A stretch of DNA of 64,000 nt, taken from Sphingomonadaceae bacterium (GTDB lineage Bacteria > Pseudomonadota > Alphaproteobacteria > Sphingomonadales > Sphingomonadaceae). Of this stretch, positions 9,072 to 17,206 are shown piece by piece. Where the stretch lies: contig DASVLP010000033.1 in the NCBI GenBank assembly GCA_036384795.1, positions 1,375-65,374 on the forward strand, read 5' to 3'. Position 1 is the stretch's first letter, and the number at the start of each line of letters is the position of its first letter. The notes below the pieces were generated by a model. The model was given only the letters and a program-made list of their open reading frames with translations, made no database searches and was not told the DNA's origin. A program made the position numbers and the translations under genes.

Positions 9072-9964
9072 CCCCGCTCGCGCGGGTGCGCGGCGCGGTA
9101 GGTGTCGAGCAGCTTGGCGGCATCGACCTTGGTGTAGATCTGCGTCGAGCCCAGGCTCGCATGGCCGAGCAGTTCCTGCAGGCTGCGCAAGTCCGCCCCG
9201 GCGCCGAGCAGGTGGGTCGCGAAGCTGTGGCGCAGCGCGTGGGGCGTGGCGGTGGGCGGCAGGCCGAGCGCGACGCGCGCGCGGGCCATCGCCTTCTGCA
9301 CCATGCCCTGGCTGAGCGGGCCGCCTTTCGCGCCGCGAAACAGCGGTTCGTTCGGCGTAACCGGCCACGGGCACTGGCGCGCGTAGTCGGCCACGGCAGC
9401 GCGCACCGCGGGCAGGATCGGCACCACGCGCTGCTTGTTGCCCTTGCCGGTGACGGTGAGCACCTCGCCCAGCGGAACGTCGTTTCCCTTGAGCGAGAGC
9501 GCCTCGGCGATGCGCAGCCCGGCGCCGTAGAGCAGTATCAATACGGCGCTGTCGCGCGCGCCGATCCATGCCGCAGCTGCGTCATCCTTGACCAGTTCGG
9601 TGAGGTTCACCGCGTCGTCCGGCGTGACCGGGCGCGGCAGGCCCTTCTTGAGCCGGGGCCCGCGCAGGCGCGGGGCGCCACCGTCGATCATCCCCGCTTT
9701 GTCGCGAGCGAAGGCGATGAAGCTTTTGAGCGCGGACAGCTCGCGCGCGGCGCTGGCGTTGCCGATCCCGTCGGCGCGGCGATGGGCGAGTTGTGCGCGC
9801 AAGGCCGGGCCGTCGAGCCGGGCGAGGGCGGGCCAGTCGGGATCGCCGAGCCGGTCGAGCAAGCGCGCGGCGCTCGCGAGATAGGCGCGGACCGTGTGCG
9901 GGCTGCGGCGGCGCGATTGGGCGAGGTGGGCGCCCCATTCCTCGAGGATTTCGGGGCGCCTCAC
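9068..9964 (-). CDS. xerC: Tyrosine recombinase XerC (chromosome dimer resolution)
   Basis: HALRHSFATHLLGAGADLRSLQELLGHASLGSTQIYTKV...AAHPRE. The start is taken at GTG (codon 34 of track ORF 9068..10063), which overlaps the hemW stop. The upstream part of the ORF would overlap hemW. Confidence 0.8.
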   Translation of the reverse strand: MRRPEILEEWGAHLAQSRRRSPHTVRAYLASAARLLDRLGDPDWPALARLDGPALRAQLAHRRADGIGNASAARELSALKSFIAFARDKAGMIDGGAPRLRGPRLKKGLPRPVTPDDAVNLTELVKDDAAAAWIGARDSAVLILLYGAGLRIAEALSLKGNDVPLGEVLTVTGKGNKQRVVPILPAVRAAVADYARQCPWPVTPNEPLFRGAKGGPLSQGMVQKAMARARVALGLPPTATPHALRHSFATHLLGAGADLRSLQELLGHASLGSTQIYTKVDAAKLLDTYRAAHPRERG

Positions 9965-11115
9965 GCCGCAACCAGGTCGGCCGGCACCAGTTCGCCGAGC
10001 AGCGCGTCGAGCAGCGGCATGCCTGCCTCCGTGACGCCAATCCGTCCGCCTTCGCGCCAGCACAGGCCCTGGTCCGCGTAGAATTCGAGGCGAGGCCGGT
10101 CGATCAACTCGTCGATCCCGAACCGTGCCGACATCGCGGCCAGGTCGATCCCCTCGGCGAGCCGCAGCCCCATCAGCAGCGCCTCGCTCGCCTGCTCACT
10201 GGCCGAAAGCCGCCGTTCTTCGGCGATGCCGTGGCCCTGTGACGCCACCGCTTCAAGCCAGTTCTCGGGCTTCCTGTGCCTTACCGTCGCGACGCCGCCG
10301 CGCCGGCCGTGCGCGCCCGGGCCGATCCCGGCATAGTCCTGGTAGCGCCAGTAGGCGAGGTTGTGGCGGCTTTCCTCGCCCGGGCTGGCGTGGTTCGAAA
10401 CCTCGTAGGCGGGGAAGCCTGCCCGGTCGGTCAGCTCACGGGTCAGGGCGAACATGTCGGCCGCGCGGTCGTCGTCGAGCGGGGTGAATTCGCCCTGCCG
10501 GACCATTGTCGCGAACCGTGTCCCCGGCTCGATCGTGAGCTGGTAGAGCGACAAGTGATGGCCAGCCAGTTGCAGCGCGGTTGCGAGTTGCTTCCGCCAC
10601 ATCCTGAGATCCTGGCCCGGCAGGGCGTAGATCAGATCGAACGACACGCGATCGAACCAATCGTGCGCCGTTTCGAGCGCCTCCAGGCCCTCTTCGGCAT
10701 CGTGCAAACGCCCGAGAAATCGCAATGCCTCGTTGTCGAGCGATTGCAGGCCGAGCGACACGCGGTTGATTCCTGCTGATGCCAAATCCTTGAATTTGCT
10801 CGTCTCGACCGAGCTCGGATTGGCTTCGAGGGTGATTTCGATGCCCGGCGCGAAGCCCCACAGCTTTTCCGCTTCGTTGAGCAATTCCTCAGCCAAAGCC
10901 GGCGGCATCAAGGATGGCGTCCCGCCCCCGAAAAACACGCTTTCCAGCGGTTCTCCGCCCACCATCCGAGCTTCGTGCCGCAGGTCCGCCAGCAAAGCAT
11001 GACGCCACTGCGGCAGGTCGATCCGCTCCCGCACATGCGAGTTGAAATCGCAATAAGGGCATTTGGCGAGGCAGAAGGGCCAATGAATGTAGAGCGCGCG
11101 GGCCATTGCCGCCAA
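9961..11115 (-). CDS. hemW: Radical SAM heme chaperone HemW (HemN-like)
   Basis: YIHWPFCLAKCPYCDFNSH is the CxxxCxxC motif. The length and C-terminal HemN_C-like region fit. The start could be 11106. Confidence 0.88.
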   Translation of the reverse strand: MAAMARALYIHWPFCLAKCPYCDFNSHVRERIDLPQWRHALLADLRHEARMVGGEPLESVFFGGGTPSLMPPALAEELLNEAEKLWGFAPGIEITLEANPSSVETSKFKDLASAGINRVSLGLQSLDNEALRFLGRLHDAEEGLEALETAHDWFDRVSFDLIYALPGQDLRMWRKQLATALQLAGHHLSLYQLTIEPGTRFATMVRQGEFTPLDDDRAADMFALTRELTDRAGFPAYEVSNHASPGEESRHNLAYWRYQDYAGIGPGAHGRRGGVATVRHRKPENWLEAVASQGHGIAEERRLSASEQASEALLMGLRLAEGIDLAAMSARFGIDELIDRPRLEFYADQGLCWREGGRIGVTEAGMPLLDALLGELVPADLVAA

Positions 11116-11117
11116 GT

Positions 11118-11747
11118 CTAGCGGCCGAACTGCTCTGCGACCAGCTTCGCGAACGCATCCGCGCGGTGGCTGATGCGGTGTTTCTCGGCGGGGTCGAGCT
11201 CTGCGAACGTTGCTTCGTAACCCTTTGGAATAAATACCGGATCGTAGCCGAAGCCCATCGTCCCGCGCGGCGGCCAGGTGAGCGTGCCGTCAGCGCGGCC
11301 TTCGTAGACCGCCTGCTCGCCGTCCGGCCAGGCGAGAGCGAGGACGCAGGAAAACCAGGCGTTGCGCGGCGTGTCCGCTCCGAGGGACTGGAGCATCCCT
11401 TCGACTTTGCCCATCGCCATGTACCAATCGCGGCCGGGAGCGCCTTCGAACCACTGCCGCTCCGCCCAATCGGCGGTGTAGACCCCCGGCCGCCCGTCGA
11501 GCGCCGCGACCGACAGCCCGCTGTCGTCCGCCAGCGCGACGATTCCGCTGGCTTCCGCCGCGGCGCGGGCCTTGATCAGCGCGTTCTCGACGAAAGTCGT
11601 TCCGGTCTCGTCCGGCTCGGGCAGCCCGAGCGACCCGGCCGAGATGCAATCAATCCCGTAGGGCGCAAGAAGCGCGGCTATCTCTTTCAATTTCCCCGCA
11701 TTGTGCGTGGCAATGACCAGCTTCCCGGAACCGATTGTGCGGGTCAT
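11118..11747 (-). CDS. rdgB: Non-canonical purine NTP pyrophosphatase RdgB/HAM1
   Basis: [14 protein letters not shown] and FGYDPVFIP motifs. Confidence 0.9.
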   Translation of the reverse strand: MTRTIGSGKLVIATHNAGKLKEIAALLAPYGIDCISAGSLGLPEPDETGTTFVENALIKARAAAEASGIVALADDSGLSVAALDGRPGVYTADWAERQWFEGAPGRDWYMAMGKVEGMLQSLGADTPRNAWFSCVLALAWPDGEQAVYEGRADGTLTWPPRGTMGFGYDPVFIPKGYEATFAELDPAEKHRISHRADAFAKLVAEQFGR

Positions 11748-12457
11748 TTAACCGCGTTCGCCTGCGCGGCGTAAATCCGGTCGCAGCCGATCCGCGCGAG
11801 GCGCAACAGGCGTAGCAGCCCTTCCTCGTCGTACGTCGCGCCTTCGGCTGTGGCCTGGACTTCGGCGATCTGGCCGCCTTCGATCAGCACGAAGTTCGCG
11901 TCGGCATCGGCCGCAGAATCTTCGACGTAGTCAAGGTCAAGCACCGGTGTTCCGGCGCAGATTCCGCAGCTGATCGCGGCGACTTTGGCGGTGATCGGGT
12001 CCTGCGTGACAAGGCCCTGTTCCATCAGCTTGTTGACCGCGAGCCGCAACGCGATCCACGCGCCCGAAATCGACGCGGTGCGGGTGCCGCCGTCGGCCTG
12101 GAGCACGTCGCAATCGAGCGTGATCTGCCGCTCGCCGAGCTTCTTCGGGTCTGTCACCGCACGCAAGCTTCGCCCGATAAGCCGCTGGATTTCTTGTGTT
12201 CGGCCGGATTGCTTGCCCTTCGCCGCCTCGCGCTGACCGCGGGTGTGCGTCGCGCGCGGAAGCATCGAGTACTCGCCCGTCACCCAGCCTTCGCCTTTGC
12301 CGCGCAGCCACGGCGGCAGCCGTTCCTCGACGCTTGCGGTGCACAGCACCCGCGTGTCGCCGAACGCGATCAGGCAAGAGCCCTCCGCATGCTTGGTGAA
12401 GCCGGTGTGGATCTCGATGGCGCGCATTTCATCGGGCGCGCGGCCGGAAGGTCGCAT
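11744..12457 (-). CDS. rph: Ribonuclease PH
   Basis: Track ORF 11744..12550. Met at codon 32 begins [28 protein letters not shown]. The upstream 31 codons read through a repeat element. Confidence 0.92.
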   Translation of the reverse strand: MRPSGRAPDEMRAIEIHTGFTKHAEGSCLIAFGDTRVLCTASVEERLPPWLRGKGEGWVTGEYSMLPRATHTRGQREAAKGKQSGRTQEIQRLIGRSLRAVTDPKKLGERQITLDCDVLQADGGTRTASISGAWIALRLAVNKLMEQGLVTQDPITAKVAAISCGICAGTPVLDLDYVEDSAADADANFVLIEGGQIAEVQATAEGATYDEEGLLRLLRLARIGCDRIYAAQANAVK

Positions 12458-12478
12458 GGGATTTCCGATCTTTCTTTT

Positions 12479-12565
12479 CCGTTCGCCCTGAGCTTGTCGA
12501 AGGGCAGTCTTGGTTTTGACGCCGTAGAAGGAAAAGCGGTCCTTCGACAAGCTCAGGACGAACGG
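12479..12565. repeat. 25-bp inverted-repeat (REP/MITE-like) element
   Basis: CCGTTCGCCCTGAGCTTGTCGAAGG (12479-12503) and CCTTCGACAAGCTCAGGACGAACGG (12541-12565) are complementary at 24 of 25 positions, with a 37-nt spacer. Positions were verified by codon counting in track ORF 12194..13078. Confidence 0.6.
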
Positions 12566-12593
12566 GATTTTATTGAGCCACGGAACTGCCTAG

Positions 12594-13646
12594 ATGATCC
12601 GCATGGCCTCACCCCCCGTTACCGAGCTGACCAGCCGCGCGCGCGAGATTTTCCGCCTGGTGGTGGAAGGCTACATCTCGTCGGGCCAGCCGGTGGGCTC
12701 CAAGGCGCTGGCGGAAGAGGGGCGGCTGAACCTGTCGCCGGCCTCGATCCGTTCGGTATTGCACGATCTCGAAACGCTCGGCCTGCTTGCCGCGCCGCAC
12801 ACCAGCGCGGGCCGCCTGCCGACCGAAATGGGCCTGCGCCTGTTCGTCGACGGGATGATGCAGGTGGCCGAACCGACCGCGCAGGAGCGCGCCGCGATCG
12901 AGCGGCGGCTTGCCCGCCCGGGGCCGATCGAGCAGGCGCTCGAGGCGACCAGCGCGATCCTGTCGGATCTTTCCGCCGCCGCCGGCGTGGTGATGGTGCC
13001 GCGCAGCGAACCGCGCCTGTCGCTGATGAGCCTGGTGACGCTGTCGCCAGGCAGGGCGCTCGCCGTGCTGGTCGGTGAGGATGGGGCGATCGAGAACCGG
13101 GTGCTGGAACTTCCCGACAACGTGCCGCCTTCCGCGCTCGAGCAGGCGAGCAACTACATCACTGCCCGGCTCGCGGGGCGCACTCTGGCGGAGGCGGCGC
13201 GGGCGATGCGCGCCGAGATCGCTTCGGGCCAATCGGCGCTCGACGAGGCGAGCCGCGGGTTGGTCGAACGCGGCCTGGCGGTGTGGAGCGAGGACGCGGG
13301 CCGCCGGCCGGTGCTGATCGTGCGCGGCCAGGCGAATCTGCTCGACGAGAATGCGCTCGGCGACATCGAACGCGTCCGGCAACTGCTGGACGACCTCGAG
13401 AACAAGCAATCGATCGCGCAATTGCTCGAAACCGCGCGCGAGGCCGATGCGACGCGCATTTTCATCGGCTCGGAAAACCGGCTGTTCGCGCTGTCGGGCT
13501 CGGCGGTGATCGCCTCGCCCTATCGCGATCGCGAGGGCAGGGTGGTCGGCGTGGTGGGCGTGATCGGCCCGACGCGGTTGAATTACGCGCGGGTCGTCCC
13601 CATGGTGGACTTCACCGCTCAATCGCTGGGCAAATTGATCGGCTAG
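12594..13646 (+). CDS. hrcA: Heat-inducible transcription repressor HrcA
   Basis: 350 aa with ELTSRAREIFRLVVEGYISSGQPVGSKAL, an N-terminal winged helix typical of HrcA. It precedes grpE. Confidence 0.92.
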   Translation: MIRMASPPVTELTSRAREIFRLVVEGYISSGQPVGSKALAEEGRLNLSPASIRSVLHDLETLGLLAAPHTSAGRLPTEMGLRLFVDGMMQVAEPTAQERAAIERRLARPGPIEQALEATSAILSDLSAAAGVVMVPRSEPRLSLMSLVTLSPGRALAVLVGEDGAIENRVLELPDNVPPSALEQASNYITARLAGRTLAEAARAMRAEIASGQSALDEASRGLVERGLAVWSEDAGRRPVLIVRGQANLLDENALGDIERVRQLLDDLENKQSIAQLLETAREADATRIFIGSENRLFALSGSAVIASPYRDREGRVVGVVGVIGPTRLNYARVVPMVDFTAQSLGKLIG

Positions 13647-13667
13647 ACGGGCATTTAGAACAGACAG

Positions 13668-14270
13668 ATGATGATGAACGACGACAACAAGCAGCCGTTG
13701 CCAAACGACCTGGATGAAGCGGCCGCAGCGGAGCTGAAAGGCGTTCCGGAGGACCTGCTCGACCGCGGTGACGAAGCCGCCGGCGAGGGCGAATCGGTCC
13801 TCGGCGAGCTTACCCGGCTTCAGGACGATCTCGCCGCCGCGCAGCAGGAAGTGCTGTATGCGCAAGCCGAGACGCAGAACGTGCGCCGCCGGCTCGAAAA
13901 GGACATGGCCGACGCGCGCGCCTATGCGGTGACCGGCTTCGCGCGCGAGATTCTCTCGGTGGCCGACAACCTCGCGCGGGCGTTGCAGGCGGTGCCCTCC
14001 GACTTGCGCGAGGATGACCGGCTCAAGGGCTTGCTTGCCGGGATCGAGGCGACCCAACGCGAAGTCGACAAAGTGTTCGCCGCGCACGGAATCACCCGGA
14101 TCGCGGCGATGGGCCTGCCGCTCGACCCGCATTTCCACCAGGCGATGCTCGAAATCCCCAGCAACGATGCCGAGCCCGGCACCGTCGTCCAGGAAATGCA
14201 GGCCGGCTACATGATCAAGGACCGCCTGCTGCGCCCGGCGATGGTCGGAGTGGCGAAGAAGCCGGATTAG
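13668..14270 (+). CDS. grpE: Nucleotide exchange factor GrpE
   Basis: 200 aa. A coiled-coil N-terminal region and C-terminal ...HQAMLEIPSNDAEPGTVVQEMQAGYMIKDRLLRPAMVGV are typical of GrpE. Confidence 0.92.
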   Translation: MMMNDDNKQPLPNDLDEAAAAELKGVPEDLLDRGDEAAGEGESVLGELTRLQDDLAAAQQEVLYAQAETQNVRRRLEKDMADARAYAVTGFAREILSVADNLARALQAVPSDLREDDRLKGLLAGIEATQREVDKVFAAHGITRIAAMGLPLDPHFHQAMLEIPSNDAEPGTVVQEMQAGYMIKDRLLRPAMVGVAKKPD

Positions 14271-14273
14271 GCG

Positions 14274-14675
14274 CTAGGCGAACGGATTTCGAACGGTCAA
14301 CAGATCCTCGATCACCAGGCCGTGTTGCAGGTCTTCGCTGTAGAGTGTGTCGCATCCCGCTTCGAGCGCCGCAGCGAGGACCATGGCATCGTAGACCTGC
14401 AACCTGAAGCGTTCCGCCAGCACGACGCCGTGGTTGTGAATTTCGACGGTCAAGGGCAACACCCGCTCCGCCAGATCTACAATCGAGTTAAGGCATGGCA
14501 TGATGCGATCCCAGCCATACCGCATCTTCCTGTGTGTCACGTTGGCAAACTCATTCAGCGATTGAACGCTGATGATATAGGGTTGGCTGCAAATCGCCTG
14601 GGCGACGTGCATCCTTGGATCGTCGCTATAAGCGTAGATCAGGATATTGCTGTCCAGAAAAGGGCTAACGATCAT
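14274..14675 (-). CDS. vapC: PIN-domain toxin VapC
   Basis: 133 aa with PIN acidic residues in context (FLDSNIL, LNEF, VYDAMV, YSEDL). 4-nt overlap with the upstream antitoxin gene. Visibly lower GC than the flanks. Confidence 0.85.
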   Translation of the reverse strand: MIVSPFLDSNILIYAYSDDPRMHVAQAICSQPYIISVQSLNEFANVTHRKMRYGWDRIMPCLNSIVDLAERVLPLTVEIHNHGVVLAERFRLQVYDAMVLAAALEAGCDTLYSEDLQHGLVIEDLLTVRNPFA

Positions 14676-14908
14676 CCTCTCGAATTGGCTTCGTCGCGAT
14701 CGAACTCGTAGCCTTCAGGCAACTTGAGACGCGCTTCGCGCATTACCTTGAGCGCTTCCTCGCGCGACATTCTCGCCCGAGCCTTGAAAAGTGCCAGCCG
14801 ATCCTGCTCGACGTAGTCGCCCTCTTTGAGCCCCAGCTCGCGCACCAGATCGGCGGGCAGCCGAACCGCCAGGCTGTTGCCCCATTTCGCGACTTTCATC
14901 ATGCCCAT
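14672..14908 (-). CDS. vapB: AbrB/MazE/SpoVT-family antitoxin VapB
   Basis: 78 aa with KVAKWGNSLAVRLPADLVRELGLKEGD, a swapped-hairpin AbrB fold signature. Confidence 0.8.
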   Translation of the reverse strand: MGMMKVAKWGNSLAVRLPADLVRELGLKEGDYVEQDRLALFKARARMSREEALKVMREARLKLPEGYEFDRDEANSRG

Positions 14909-14922
14909 TCCGGCACCTCTTG

Positions 14923-14949
14923 GATATACATTAGTGCGATATGTATATC
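14923..14949. promoter_or_regulatory. Putative VapB operator: 9-bp perfect inverted repeat with 9-nt spacer
   Basis: GATATACAT (14923-14931) and ATGTATATC (14941-14949), 15-40 nt upstream of the vapB start on the minus strand, in an AT-rich patch. Confidence 0.45.
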
Positions 14950-14978
14950 ATAGGAGCCGATGAAGCAAACGAGACGCT

Positions 14979-15656
14979 TCACTCGCCCAGCAGCGCCTCG
15001 ATTTCCTCGGTCGAACGCAGATCGGCGAACGCGAAGGCTAGGCTTGCCAATGTCGCCGCGTGCGCCTCGTCGTTCAGCGCGGCGTTGGCGTCGGCAGCCA
15101 TGATCGTGCGATAGTTGCGCTGCATCGCGTCGCGCGCGGTGCTTTCGCAGCAGACGTTGGTCAGCGTGCCGGTGACGATCACGGTGTCGATCCCGTCGGC
15201 CTGCAGCCGGTCGTGCAGCTCGCTCGTTCCGGGAGTGAACGCGCTGAAGCGGCCTTTGGCGACCACCCGGTCCCCCTCCGTCACCTCGAGCTCGGGCCAA
15301 AGCTGCCAGTAATGCTCGCCCGGCCGGAAGCCCTGGCGGTGGATCGCGGCCATTCCGCCCAGCCGTTCCATCATCACGCGCCAGCTGCGGTCGATATCGT
15401 CGGGCGTGGTATATTGCACGAAGTAGTTGCGCCCGCCGGACGCGCGGATGGCGGCCGAAATCCGGTTGATGTTGCCGGAAATGCTGCGCGCCATCGGCAC
15501 CTCGACCGGCGCGCCTTGCTCGACGAAGCCGTTCTGCATGTCGATCACCACGTGCGCGGTACGCGCCGGATCGAGCGTGTCGAACACGTTCCTCACGCCG
15601 CCGCGACCCTCCGCCAGCCGGTCGAGGATTGCTTGGTGGTCGATTGCGTGCGGCAT
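14979..15656 (-). CDS. Isochorismatase-family cysteine hydrolase
   Basis: Track ORF 14979..16136. Met at codon 161 begins MPHAIDHQAIL. Motifs VVIDMQNGF and VTGTLTNVCCESTARDA are present. Confidence 0.8.
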   Translation of the reverse strand: MPHAIDHQAILDRLAEGRGGVRNVFDTLDPARTAHVVIDMQNGFVEQGAPVEVPMARSISGNINRISAAIRASGGRNYFVQYTTPDDIDRSWRVMMERLGGMAAIHRQGFRPGEHYWQLWPELEVTEGDRVVAKGRFSAFTPGTSELHDRLQADGIDTVIVTGTLTNVCCESTARDAMQRNYRTIMAADANAALNDEAHAATLASLAFAFADLRSTEEIEALLGE

Positions 15657-15800
15657 CGGTCGTCTCCCATTTTTCAGCGCTTTTGCGCGCTGCTTGTGCG
15701 CGCGGCAAGCCGCGACTGATCCGCGCCGCGCCGTGCGGCGCCAAGGAACGTCGGGCGCGTCGATCCGTTGCGTGTGTCGAGACGAAGAACGGAGCAAGCC

Positions 15801-16067
15801 ATGAAGCACACCAAGATCCTGCTCGCATCCGCGCTCGCCGTTGCGGCCCTGCCGCTCGGCGCTTGCGCGCACAACTATGCCGGCGAAGGTGCGATCGCGG
15901 GCGCGGCCGCCGGTGCCGGGGTGGCAGCGGTGACCGGCGGCGACGTCGCTCAGGGCGCGGCGATCGGCGGCGCGGCGGGTGCGGTCGGCGGCGCGCTGAT
16001 CCACAAGGACGGCAAGTGCTATCGCCGCGATCGCGACGGCCGCGAACATCGCGTCGATTGCGACTGA
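15801..16067 (+). CDS. Small glycine-zipper lipoprotein
   Basis: Met at codon 12 of ORF 15768..16067 begins MKHTKILLASALAVAALPLGAC (lipobox). It is followed by a Gly/Ala zipper, AIAGAAAGAGVAAVTGG...AIGGAAGAVGGAL, and a Cys-x-Cys tail. Confidence 0.6.
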   Translation: MKHTKILLASALAVAALPLGACAHNYAGEGAIAGAAAGAGVAAVTGGDVAQGAAIGGAAGAVGGALIHKDGKCYRRDRDGREHRVDCD

Positions 16068-16071
16068 CGCC

Positions 16072-16539
16072 TCAGGCGAACTCGAGCAGCGCCTCCAGTG
16101 CGCCGGAATCCGCGGCGCCTGGAGGCGTTGCGCCATGGCGTGCGAGGAATGCGTGGCGCACGATCTCGGCTTGCTGCTCGATGCCGTAGCGAGACAGCGG
16201 CCGTCCCGGCACCAGCTGGTAGCGATAGCGGCTGAGCGGATGGCGCCGCAGCGGCAGGAAAATTCCGCGCTGGTGCTGCCAGACGTGGGTCATTTCATGG
16301 ATGAAGAGACCTTGGGCGGCCAGCGACGCCGTGCTGAAATCGTCGGCATAGGCATCGCCCCGCGGATGGAAGTGAATGTGCCCGCGCGGGGCCATCGTGA
16401 CCCGCCGCGGCTGGAACGGAAACCACTTGCGCCGCCGGATGCGCACGTTTCCGTAATCGATCGCTTCGTCGAACACCGAACGGGCAAGCGCGATCTCGCC
16501 CGCCGTCAGCGGCCGCTCGCCGCCCGGCGGGCAAGCCAT
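16072..16539 (-). CDS. Small HExxH (zincin-like) protein of unknown function. From memory, this family is often annotated 'vgr related protein'.
   Basis: 155 aa with GLFIHEMTHVWQHQ (HExxH followed by Q). No signal peptide is visible. It lies 5 nt downstream of the PCuAC gene. Confidence 0.6.
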   Translation of the reverse strand: MACPPGGERPLTAGEIALARSVFDEAIDYGNVRIRRRKWFPFQPRRVTMAPRGHIHFHPRGDAYADDFSTASLAAQGLFIHEMTHVWQHQRGIFLPLRRHPLSRYRYQLVPGRPLSRYGIEQQAEIVRHAFLARHGATPPGAADSGALEALLEFA

Positions 16540-16544
16540 GGCGT

Positions 16545-17039
16545 TCAGCGCGCCGCCCCCGGCGCTTCGATCGCGGCCGGAAAGCTGATCTTGTCGCCGG
16601 TGGCGAAGGTCAGGGTCACGTCGGTCTTGCCGCCGCTCATCAGCGAGGAATCAAGATCCATCGCCATCACGTGATTGCCGCCCGGGGCGAACCTGACCGT
16701 CTGCCCCTTGGGCACCGGGATGCTCGCCATTGCCGTCATCGAGCTCATTCCGCCCGACTGCACAGTGGTGTGCAGCATCGCGCTTTTCGCGCCATCCACC
16801 GAAACTCCGGCGATCGAAGTGTCGGCATCGCCGTGGTTGGCAATGTCGAAATAGACCGCGCCGGGATTGCCCTTGACCGCCGGCAGCACCAGCCGCCCGT
16901 TGGACACGCTCAGGCCGGCAGGCGCATCTGGTGCCGACGCTGAAGGAGGCGCGGCCGGGGCGTTCGATTGTTGGTGACATCCGGCAAGTCCGAAGCATGC
17001 AAGCGCGATGGCAACGGCGGCGAAACGGGCGGCTTTCAT
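16545..17039 (-). CDS. Periplasmic copper chaperone PCu(A)C (DUF461)
   Basis: 164 aa with lipoprotein signal ALACFGLAGC and Met/His copper motifs (SAMLHTT, GGMSSMTAM, GGNHVMAMD). Confidence 0.8.
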   Translation of the reverse strand: MKAARFAAVAIALACFGLAGCHQQSNAPAAPPSASAPDAPAGLSVSNGRLVLPAVKGNPGAVYFDIANHGDADTSIAGVSVDGAKSAMLHTTVQSGGMSSMTAMASIPVPKGQTVRFAPGGNHVMAMDLDSSLMSGGKTDVTLTFATGDKISFPAAIEAPGAAR

Positions 17040-17088
17040 CGGCTTGCAGTCTCCTCGAATTGCGCGCGATTTCTAGGCGCGGTCAAAC

Positions 17089-17119
17089 CTTGTGCCAAGC
17101 AAAAGCGCACCTATATCGG
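17089..17119 (+). promoter_or_regulatory. RpoH (sigma-32)-type heat-shock promoter of dnaK
   Basis: CTTG (17089-17092), a 17-nt spacer, then CCTATATCGG (17110-17119). This is an exact fit to the alphaproteobacterial heat-shock consensus CTTG-N17-CYTATNTNNG as I recall it. It lies about 90 nt upstream of the dnaK ATG. Confidence 0.6.
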
Positions 17120-17206
17120 CCCGGCAATTCGAGCCGCCGAAGGGCTTTGCCATGTCCGGGAAGCTCCACAGCGCGGCGTCCAACTGAAAGACAGGATGGG
17201 AAGTAA

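Noticed and set aside
9068-9964. The tyrosine recombinase as the integrase of a mobile element.
   Set aside because: The sequence matches housekeeping XerC (…AAHPRE tail). It is overlapped with hemW in a conserved core block, and there is no flanking att repeat, tRNA or cargo.
12566-12593. Search for CIRCE (TTAGCACTC-N9-GAGTGCTAA) or a sigma-32 promoter upstream of hrcA, and for CIRCE upstream of dnaK.
   Set aside because: No acceptable match was seen by eye. ATTG-N13-CCTAGATGAT has the wrong spacing and a poor -10 element.
12609-14138. 509-aa minus-strand ORF antisense to hrcA and grpE.
   Set aside because: High-GC antisense artefact. The hrcA and grpE frames have clear family signatures.
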